Shown piece by piece: positions 32,212-39,438 of a DNA stretch of 39,438 nt (position 1 is the stretch's first letter; each line of letters opens with the position of its first letter). Source of the DNA: Candidatus Magasanikbacteria bacterium GW2011_GWA2_37_8. Its GTDB lineage: Bacteria > Patescibacteriota > Patescibacteriia > Magasanikbacterales > GWA2-37-8. The translations under genes and the position numbers were made by a program. The DNA lies in the NCBI GenBank assembly GCA_000992085.1, contig LBTN01000013.1, positions 1-39,438 on the forward strand, written 5' to 3'. The notes below the pieces were generated by a model. The model was not told the origin of the DNA. It worked only from the letters and a program-made list of their open reading frames with translations, and ran no database searches.

Positions 32212-35067
32212 TCCGGAATATATAAAACCAAAGACAATAGTGATAAACCCAAATATTATGTTTTGGATATGTTTCCGTATCCTTCTGGTGCTGGGTTGCA
32301 CGTTGGTCACCCTAAGGGATATATTGCCACCGATGTTGTAGCCAGAATGAAAATGATGCAAGGGTACAATGTGCTTCACCCTATGGGTTGGGATGCTTTT
32401 GGGCTTCCAGCAGAAAATTATGCTTTAAAAAACAAAGTACATCCTTCGGTAGCTACCGAAGAAAATATAAAAACTTTTAAAAAACAATTAGGTTTACTTG
32501 GTCTTACTTATGATTGGGATCGCGAAGTAAATACCACTGATCCAGAATATTACAAATGGACCCAATGGGCATTTATTCAAATGTTTAAGCGTGGGCTCGC
32601 GTTTGAGTCTTATGAACCAATTAATTGGTGCCCTGAATGTAAAACTGGTTTGGCTAATGAAGATTTGGAAAATGGTTTGTGCGAACGTTGTGGTAGTGTA
32701 GTGGTGCAAAAACCGATGCGTCAGTGGGTGCTTAAAATTACCGACTATGCAGAAAGATTATTGAATGATATTGATAAGTTGGATAAATGGCCAACTTCAA
32801 TTAAAGAAATGCAGAAAAATTGGATTGGAAAGAGTGAAGGGGCGACAGTAAAATTTTCTGTCATTTCGAACGAAGGTGAGAAATCTGCGCTCGAGGTTTT
32901 TACCACTAGGCCAGATACTTTGTTTGGAGCAACATATTGTGTAATTGCGCCAGAACATGAATTGATAATGAATCAAGAATCAAGAATCAAGAATTATGAC
33001 GAAGTAAAAAATTATGTTGAGAATGCAAAAAAGAAAACTACTTTAGAAAGAACTGATTTGCAGAAAGAAAAAACTGGTGTAGAAGTAAAAGGTATAAAAG
33101 CAATTAATCCAGTAAATAACGAAGAGCTGCCAATTTTTGTAGCTGATTATGTTTTGGGCGGATATGGTACAGGCGCGATTATGGCAGTGCCAGCTCACGA
33201 TGAACGTGATTTTGAGTTTGCTAAAAAATATAATTTGCCAATTAAACGAGTGGTGGCACCGCATTTTGTTGATCCTGCTAATCCACCACATTCTGATTTG
33301 CCAACTACTAGGCGTAAAACTATTCATGTTATTATTCGCAATCCAAAAGACGGTAAGGTTTTGCTTTTAAATTGGTTTACAAATCTTACTCCAAGTCGTC
33401 CACATTTGCATACTTTAGTCCTTGGCGGGATAGAGGAAGGAGAAAATTTAGCTGTGGCCGCAATTAGAGAAGCACAAGAAGAAACTGGCTACAAGAATTT
33501 TAAGTTTTTAAAAGAAGTAGATTTAGAAGTTCATACTGAATATTATACTGAACACAAAGGGCAGAATCGCTATGCAGAAATTCATATAGTAGAATTGGAA
33601 TTAGAAGACGAAGAAAGAGAAAAAATTCCAGAGAGTGAATTAAAAAACCATGAGCCAGTTTGGGTAGAAGAAAAAGAAGTGCCAGAGAAGTTAAATGTTA
33701 TTGATGGTCCAATAATTTGGGGTGCTTATAAGAATGGTTACTTCGCCTTTACTGAAGATGGTGTAACTGTCAATTCTGAATTTTTAAATAATTTAAAAAC
33801 TCCAGAGGCGAAAACAAAAATAATTGCCTGGTTGGAAGAGCAAGGCGTGGGTAAAAGAAAAGTACAATACAAATTACGTGATTGGGTATTTTCTCGACAA
33901 CGTTATTGGGGCGAGCCAATCCCACTTGTTAATTGTGGAAAATGTGGTTGGGTATCAGTGCCTGAATTAGAATTACCACTTAAATTACCGGAAGTAAAAA
34001 ATTATGAACCAAGTGGAACAGGGGAGTCGCCACTCGCAAATATTGAAAAATGGGTGAATACCATTTGTCCAGTGTGTGGCGGGCCAGCAAAAAGAGAAAC
34101 TAATACCATGCCACAGTGGGCAGGCTCGTGTTGGTATTACCTCGCATATTGCATGCTTGGAAAGGAAAAAGGAGTAAGGAGTAAGGAAAAATATAAATGG
34201 GATAAAGAAAAAATAAATTATTGGAATCCGGTGGATTTGTATGTTGGCGGTGCCGAACATGCTACGCGTCATCTTATCTACGCTCGTTTTTGGCATAAGT
34301 TTTTGTTTGATATTGGCGTAGTAGCGAACGAAGAACCATTTACACGTTTGCAAAATGTGGGTTTGATTTTGGCTGAAGATGGACGAAAAATGAGTAAACG
34401 TTGGAACAATGTTATCAATCCAAATGATATGGTAGATCAGTTTGGCGCAGATGCAATGAGATTGTATGAAATGTTTATGGGGCCGTTTGATCAGCCGTGC
34501 GCTTGGAGTACAAATGGCGTGGTAGGTACAAGAAGGTTTTTAGAAAAGGTGTGGTGGTTAAGTGAAAAAGTTAATGATTTAGAAGATAACAAAACTAATG
34601 AGAAAACAAAATTAGATACATTACTTCATCAAACTATAAAAAAAGTTACCGAAGATATTGAAGCGATGAGATATAACACCGCAATTTCTCAGTTGATGAT
34701 TTTGGTGAATGAGATGTCAAAAGAAAATCAGCTATTTCTTACTCATTATTCCTTACTCCTTCAATTGCTTGCTCCCTTTGCTCCTCATGTTTCAGAAGAA
34801 TTGTGGTATGAATTAGGGAATAATGAATCCATTTTTGAGTCCGTATGGCCGCAGTGTGATAATGCACTAGCCAAATCAGAAACTTTTACTTTGGCTATTC
34901 AGATTAATGGTAAATTGCGTGAGACTATTGAGGTGTCTGCTGATATATCAGAAGAAGAAGCAAAAGCTCAAGTTTTGGCTTTGCCACAAATTCAAAAGTG
35001 GTTGGAAGATAAAGAACCAAAGAAAATAATTTATGTAAAAGGGAAATTAATTAGTATTGTAGTTTAG
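32212..35067 (+). CDS. leuS: Leucine--tRNA ligase with an inserted Nudix domain; true N-terminus missing
   Basis: MFPYPSGAGLHVGH, GWDAFGLPAEN, FTTRPDTLFG, GTGAIMAVPAHDERD, SRQRYWG, KMSK; homology begins at SGIYK (32212). Confidence 0.95.
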   Translation, partial: SGIYKTKDNSDKPKYYVLDMFPYPSGAGLHVGHPKGYIATDVVARMKMMQGYNVLHPMGWDAFGLPAENYALKNKVHPSVATEENIKTFKKQLGLLGLTYDWDREVNTTDPEYYKWTQWAFIQMFKRGLAFESYEPINWCPECKTGLANEDLENGLCERCGSVVVQKPMRQWVLKITDYAERLLNDIDKLDKWPTSIKEMQKNWIGKSEGATVKFSVISNEGEKSALEVFTTRPDTLFGATYCVIAPEHELIMNQESRIKNYDEVKNYVENAKKKTTLERTDLQKEKTGVEVKGIKAINPVNNEELPIFVADYVLGGYGTGAIMAVPAHDERDFEFAKKYNLPIKRVVAPHFVDPANPPHSDLPTTRRKTIHVIIRNPKDGKVLLLNWFTNLTPSRPHLHTLVLGGIEEGENLAVAAIREAQEETGYKNFKFLKEVDLEVHTEYYTEHKGQNRYAEIHIVELELEDEEREKIPESELKNHEPVWVEEKEVPEKLNVIDGPIIWGAYKNGYFAFTEDGVTVNSEFLNNLKTPEAKTKIIAWLEEQGVGKRKVQYKLRDWVFSRQRYWGEPIPLVNCGKCGWVSVPELELPLKLPEVKNYEPSGTGESPLANIEKWVNTICPVCGGPAKRETNTMPQWAGSCWYYLAYCMLGKEKGVRSKEKYKWDKEKINYWNPVDLYVGGAEHATRHLIYARFWHKFLFDIGVVANEEPFTRLQNVGLILAEDGRKMSKRWNNVINPNDMVDQFGADAMRLYEMFMGPFDQPCAWSTNGVVGTRRFLEKVWWLSEKVNDLEDNKTNEKTKLDTLLHQTIKKVTEDIEAMRYNTAISQLMILVNEMSKENQLFLTHYSLLLQLLAPFAPHVSEELWYELGNNESIFESVWPQCDNALAKSETFTLAIQINGKLRETIEVSADISEEEAKAQVLALPQIQKWLEDKEPKKIIYVKGKLISIVV
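32859..32886 (+). repeat. REP-like motif in frame in leuS
   Basis: TGTCATTTCGAACGAAGGTGAGAAATCT, encoding VISNEGEKS. Confidence 0.6.
32966..33000 (+). repeat. In-frame heptamer repeat (TCAAGAA) in leuS
   Basis: TAATGAA TCAAGAA x3 TTATGAC, encoding MNQESRIKNYD. Confidence 0.85.
34161..34191 (+). repeat. In-frame heptamer repeat in leuS
   Basis: AAAGGAA AAAGGAG TAAGGAG TAAGGAA, encoding KEKGVRSKEK. Confidence 0.85.
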
Positions 35068-35071
35068 GATT

Positions 35072-36595
35072 ATGTTAGGAGGGGCGAAAGAAAAAATAAT
35101 TAATTCAAAAAGCAGAACATTTTTATTGTTCTGTTTTTGTTTTATTTTTGGTGTGGGTATTTTTTCTGGTTTCGAACTTGCTGCGTATTGGTTGTATCGT
35201 TTGTATTTGTTGTTGTTCTTATTAGGATTTTTATTAATTTTATTTTGGCATAAAATTAACTGGCGATTTTTTTTGTTGGGCGGGGTATTTTTTGTGTTAG
35301 GTGGAGCACGCTTTATGTTTTCTGTGCCAGCTGAAGATAATCCGAATTTAATTAAATTTTATAATGGAGAACAAAAGGATTTGGTTGGTTATGTAGCGGA
35401 TGAGCCAGAAATCGGAATAGATGGGGCGAAGTATGTAGTACAAATTTTAGATAACAATATTTCAGGTAAAATTTTAGTGAATTTACCTCTTTATCCACAA
35501 TACCAATATGGTGATGAATTAAAATTAAAATGTAATTTACAATCACCAAAAAATTTTGTTGGTAGTAATTTTCGTTATGACAATTATTTGGCCAGGCAGG
35601 GGGTTTGGTCGGTGTGTGGTTCACCTGTCATCCTGAGCGTTGGCGAAGGATCTTCGCCACAATCGTTTGGAATTGCGCTAAAAAATAAAATGTTGATACT
35701 CAAATCGTATGTAGGCGATAAAATAAACACATTATGGCCAGAACCAGAATCAAGTTTGATGGCCGGGTTGTTATATGGCGCGCGTTCTAGCATGCCAGAT
35801 GAAATAAAGAATAATTTTAATAAAGTTGGTCTAACTCATATTGTGGCAATTTCTGGTTACAATATTAGTATTATCGCTGCAATTTTAATGGTTAGCTTGA
35901 TAAGTTTTGGCTTAAATCGTCGACGTGCTTTTTGGTTTTGTATTAGTGGAATAATTTTATTTGTTTTATTTACTGGTGCCACTGCATCGGTTGTGCGTGC
36001 CGGTATTATGGGTATTATTGTATTGTTGGCTAATCAATTAGGCAGATTATCGCGAGTAGGTAATATATTGGTTGCCACCGCGGTGATTATTTTACTAATT
36101 AACCCCTATGTGTTAATTTGGGACGCCGGTTTTCAATTATCTTTTATAGCCACCATGGGGTTAATTTATTTAAGCCCAATTATTGAAGAAAAGATAAATT
36201 TAAATAAAAAATTAGTTGGATTAAAAAGTTTGTTACTAGAAAGTTTGATTTCCACATTGTCGGCCATTATCGCTACGTTGCCACTTATACTTTACCAATT
36301 TGGCAGGTTATCTGTTGTGGCACCATTAGCGAATATTTTAATTTTATGGATAATTCCCTGGTTAATGTTTTTTGGTTTTATTTCAGTTGTATTAAGCGTA
36401 ATATTTTTTCCATTAGGGTTAGTATTAGCTTGGATTACTGGACTAGGATTAAAATATGTTATAATATTAACCGAGTGGTTAGCTGGTTTCTCTTGGTCAT
36501 CGATTGAGATTAGTTTGCCGATTTGGGGGTTGATAGGGTTGTATGTAATTTTGATATTTGTGATAATAAGAAGTAAAAAGAAAATACATTTATGA
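35072..36595 (+). CDS. comEC: ComEC/Rec2 competence protein (membrane/Competence domain)
   Basis: GLTHIVAISGYNI, ASVVRAGIM, GFQLSF, PLANIL. Confidence 0.93.
   Translation: MLGGAKEKIINSKSRTFLLFCFCFIFGVGIFSGFELAAYWLYRLYLLLFLLGFLLILFWHKINWRFFLLGGVFFVLGGARFMFSVPAEDNPNLIKFYNGEQKDLVGYVADEPEIGIDGAKYVVQILDNNISGKILVNLPLYPQYQYGDELKLKCNLQSPKNFVGSNFRYDNYLARQGVWSVCGSPVILSVGEGSSPQSFGIALKNKMLILKSYVGDKINTLWPEPESSLMAGLLYGARSSMPDEIKNNFNKVGLTHIVAISGYNISIIAAILMVSLISFGLNRRRAFWFCISGIILFVLFTGATASVVRAGIMGIIVLLANQLGRLSRVGNILVATAVIILLINPYVLIWDAGFQLSFIATMGLIYLSPIIEEKINLNKKLVGLKSLLLESLISTLSAIIATLPLILYQFGRLSVVAPLANILILWIIPWLMFFGFISVVLSVIFFPLGLVLAWITGLGLKYVIILTEWLAGFSWSSIEISLPIWGLIGLYVILIFVIIRSKKKIHL
35626..35659 (+). 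repeat. REP-like motif in frame in comEC
   Basis: TGTCATCCTGAGCGTTGGCGAAGGATCT plus hairpin TGGCGAAG-gat-CTTCGCCA. Confidence 0.75.
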
Positions 36596-37197
36596 AAAAA
36601 ATAAAAGTTTTATCTTCTTCGGTTGGTTATGATTTGGCCGCTAAAGATTATGATAAGAAAGAATCATATTTAAATAGTTTTGAAACAGACAAATTGTTGC
36701 CTTTGCTTGGAGATTTGGACGGTAAAAAAGTTTTAGATGTGGGGGCGGGTACAGGTAGGCTAACATTAAAATTAGCCAAAGCAGGGGCAGAAGTGGTTGC
36801 GCTTGATGTGTCAGAGGAAATGCTTAAAAGAATTATGAATTATGAATCAAGAATCAAGGTAGTGATTGGTGATGCAGAAGATTTGCCATTTCCAAATGAG
36901 AGTTTTGATTTTGTTACTGCTGCTTTTTTAGTTGTTCATTTAAAAGATTTGGAACGGTTTTTTGATGAAGTTTACAGGGTATTAAAACCAAATGGTAAAT
37001 TTTTAGTCACTAATATTAATCAAAAAGAACCGCCAGAAGTAAATACAAAAGAGGGGATAATAAAAATAGAGTCATATTATCATCGGCCAGAAAAAGTAGT
37101 AGAGGAGTTGGAAAAATTAGCATTTAATATTGAGAAAGAAGAATTTGTTAAAGAAAATGAGGTGTGGATTAATCAAATTATTTTGGCGAGCAAATAA
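36592..37197 (+). CDS. Class I SAM-dependent methyltransferase
   Basis: VLDVGAGTG, GDAEDLPF..ESFD, RVLKPNG. Confidence 0.92.
   Translation: MKKIKVLSSSVGYDLAAKDYDKKESYLNSFETDKLLPLLGDLDGKKVLDVGAGTGRLTLKLAKAGAEVVALDVSEEMLKRIMNYESRIKVVIGDAEDLPFPNESFDFVTAAFLVVHLKDLERFFDEVYRVLKPNGKFLVTNINQKEPPEVNTKEGIIKIESYYHRPEKVVEELEKLAFNIEKEEFVKENEVWINQIILASK
36826..36859 (+). repeat. In-frame heptamer repeat in the methyltransferase
   Basis: TTATGAA x2 TCAAGAA TCAAGG, encoding RIMNYESRIK. Confidence 0.8.
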
Positions 37198-37199
37198 TC

Positions 37200-37669
37200 A
37201 CTTCTTTACACACCAACCGTTCTTTATATATTACAGGCCAATTGCCTCTTACTTTTTTGAAAAAGTAAGCAAAAACTTCGAGCTGGTGGTTCGTGTCGGA
37301 TAATTTAGGGTTCATTAATGTTTTTGACTCGAACTCCCCCGCATACTGCGGGGTCAAACAACGAGTCAAATCCGCCCGTAGGGCGGATCACATTAATTCA
37401 CCTCTAAATTAAACCTCACTCACCAAGGCTCGGGACAGTTGGTTGGCCAACGTTGGCCAGGCGAGCGTTGAGAATTTAGAATGGTAATTAAGAGATGGAG
37501 TATGAGTGTCCCCGCAGGGGTTTGGCTCGTTGTTTGAGCGAAGCGAGTTCGAGCCAAAAACGAATACGCAATCCTTAATTAGCGTTCTAACATTCTCATT
37601 GTCTCGCGATTTCTTTGAGTCCCTTTCTTATAAAAGAAAGGGACAAGAACGGGTGGTATGTGAAGAAGT
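37200..37669. other. Highly structured, two-fold symmetric non-coding element (MITE/REPIN-like or structured RNA)
   Basis: 25-bp terminal inverted repeat (22/25 match) enclosing two inverted multibranch modules and a central 16-bp palindrome. Confidence 0.8.
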
Positions 37670-37686
37670 ATTAAATAAGAAAGATT

Positions 37687-38547
37687 ATGAAAAAAATAAT
37701 TATAGTCCTATTAATACTACTTGCGTTGGTTTTAGGGCTATTTTTTTATATAAAATTTTATTCTTCAAACAAATTTCAGATTATTTTTTTAAACGTTGGT
37801 CAAGGTGATTCTGCTTTGATTAAATTTCGTAATGGCGAAAAAATGTTAGTTGACTGTGGGCCAGATCGAAAGATTCTATCTAAATTAGGGCAATATCTGC
37901 CTTTTTACGATCGCACAATTGATGTTTTACTTGTAACACACCCGGATTTAGATCATTATGGTGGCTGTGCAGATATTTTAAAACGTTATCAGGTAAAAAA
38001 GATTATTACTAATGGTGAAATCAAAGATTCTGACCCGTTTTTTCAAGTATGGCAAAAAATGGTAATGCAAGAAAATGCAGAAAATTTAGTAGTTTTTTAC
38101 CCTGAAGAAATAATTATTGCCAGTACCACTTTTAAATTTTTATCACCGGATAATAGTTTGGGTTTAGAAGATAAAATAAAAGAGGGTAATAATAACTCTA
38201 TTGTTTTTCAATTACAGGATTTGGCTGTTGGTAAAGTTTTGTTTACCGGAGATATGGAATTACCTTTAGAAAATGCTTTGTTAACAAAATATTGCCCAGA
38301 TTTTACATCTTCTACCTTACCCTGTCCGAGTTTGCAATCCGATTATCTCAAAGTTGGTCATCACGGCAGTGATAGTTCTTCGGGTGATAATTTTTTACAA
38401 GCAGTTAATCCAAAAGTATCAATTATCTCCGTTGGCAAAAATACTTTTGGCCATCCTTCGTTTCGAGTGTTACGACATTTAGAAAGAGCTGGTACAGTAA
38501 TCTGGCGGACAGACGAAAAAAATGATATAATAATTGGAGAAAATTAA
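37687..38547 (+). CDS. ComEC-type metallo-beta-lactamase-fold protein (stand-alone)
   Basis: N-terminal TM, NVGQGDS, THPDLDHYGG, NNNSIV, LFTGD, KVGHHGS, FGHP. Confidence 0.92.
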   Translation: MKKIIIVLLILLALVLGLFFYIKFYSSNKFQIIFLNVGQGDSALIKFRNGEKMLVDCGPDRKILSKLGQYLPFYDRTIDVLLVTHPDLDHYGGCADILKRYQVKKIITNGEIKDSDPFFQVWQKMVMQENAENLVVFYPEEIIIASTTFKFLSPDNSLGLEDKIKEGNNNSIVFQLQDLAVGKVLFTGDMELPLENALLTKYCPDFTSSTLPCPSLQSDYLKVGHHGSDSSSGDNFLQAVNPKVSIISVGKNTFGHPSFRVLRHLERAGTVIWRTDEKNDIIIGEN

Positions 38548-38563
38548 TAAGTAACAATTAACA

Positions 38564-39199
38564 ATGAAGAATAAATTAAAAATTTGGATAATGGCGTGGG
38601 TTGTATTATTAGTTGTTTTTTCTTTACCAAAAATTTGTTTGGCAGCCGAAGTGGATTCGGATAGCGACGGATTAAATGATGAACTAGAATTAAAATTAGG
38701 CACCGATCCGAATAATGCGGATACCGACGGTGATAGTTTTAAAGATGGGACAGAAGTATATAATGGTTTTAATCCATTGGCAGGAGATAAAAATAAAAAA
38801 ATAAAACGGAATGTAGAAGTTAATCTTAATACCCAACAGTTATCATATTTTTTTAATGGTGTAAAAATCGGTGGTATGCCAGTTTCTACTGGATTGCGCG
38901 GTTGGGATACACCAAATGGGGAATTCAAGATAATGAATAAGTTTCCTTCCAAACTTTACAAAGGTGTTAATTATTATTATCCGAACACTAAATGGAACTT
39001 GGAATTTAAGCGTGGTTTTTATTTGCATGGCGCTTATTGGCACAATCAATTCGGTATAAGGCCTATGAGCCATGGTTGTGTAAACATAGCTTATAAAGAT
39101 GTCGAAAAATTATATCGTTTTCTATCGGTAGGGGACGTGGTTAAAATTGTAGGCAAAACCCCCACTAAATTGCCGTTAAAAGTTAGTGTAAATAATTAA
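38564..39199 (+). CDS. L,D-transpeptidase (YkuD family) with DxDxDG repeats
   Basis: Signal peptide; DSDSDGLND..DTDGDSFKD; VSTG..TPNG; LHGAYW; SHGCVN. Confidence 0.9.
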   Translation: MKNKLKIWIMAWVVLLVVFSLPKICLAAEVDSDSDGLNDELELKLGTDPNNADTDGDSFKDGTEVYNGFNPLAGDKNKKIKRNVEVNLNTQQLSYFFNGVKIGGMPVSTGLRGWDTPNGEFKIMNKFPSKLYKGVNYYYPNTKWNLEFKRGFYLHGAYWHNQFGIRPMSHGCVNIAYKDVEKLYRFLSVGDVVKIVGKTPTKLPLKVSVNN

Positions 39200-39200
39200 T

Positions 39201-39326
39201 ATGCTCATTGATCAGATTAAGAAGGACCAAGTAGAGGCCATGAAAGCTGGTCAGTCGTTGCGCCTGTCGGTGCTGCGGATGTTAATCTCGGCGGCCAATT
39301 ACAAGCAAATTGAATTACTACTTTAA
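39201..39326 (+). pseudogene. YqeY/GatB-domain protein N-terminal fragment (likely chimeric contig end)
   Basis: MLIDQIKKDQVEAMKAGQSLRLSVLRMLISAANYKQIE, then a premature stop. Confidence 0.7.
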
Positions 39327-39438
39327 TCCGGGCTGCATGGTCGGCGCTGCGGGATTCTATGGCCCTTATCTATCCGACAAAGTCTATGGTGATGTTCTCC
39401 CGGATGGACATGACTATGACGAATACATAAACGCCGGA

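Noticed and set aside
33256-33750. Intein in LeuS
   Set aside because: No C/S-start or HN-C/S/T splice motifs and no LAGLIDADG blocks; the insert carries a Nudix box instead.
37178-37808. ORFs 37178-37369 (-) and 37506-37808 (+)
   Set aside because: They overlap the palindromic element and real genes and have no protein features.

Overview
AT-rich bacterial chromosome window using the standard genetic code (TGA terminates gmk). Gene content, AT-rich leaders mostly lacking Shine-Dalgarno motifs, and a split comEC suggest a Patescibacteria/CPR (Parcubacteria-like) genome; this is inference. It holds mostly housekeeping genes: two uvrA paralogues, uvrB, uvrC, mutM, gyrB, rplS/rplK/rplY/rpmE, nusG, secE, prfA/prmC, infB, leuS, truB, a RluA-family synthase, queA, gmk, rodA, mltG, trxA, gdhA, comEC, an L,D-transpeptidase, and a tRNA-Ile with a UAU anticodon. 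Four conserved genes (nusG, uvrB, infB, leuS) have clean deletions and the right end looks chimeric, which is most likely assembly artefact. The most interesting signals are: (1) a ~470-bp two-fold symmetric, heavily base-paired non-coding element at 37200-37669; (2) a genome-wide set of 7/8-nt tandem repeats and REP-like motifs inserted in frame into housekeeping proteins; (3) a Nudix hydrolase domain inside LeuRS; (4) a ~60% GC pilin-like minigene with its own promoter, SD and 3' hairpin; (5) an anti-SD-like repeat array in the prfA leader.
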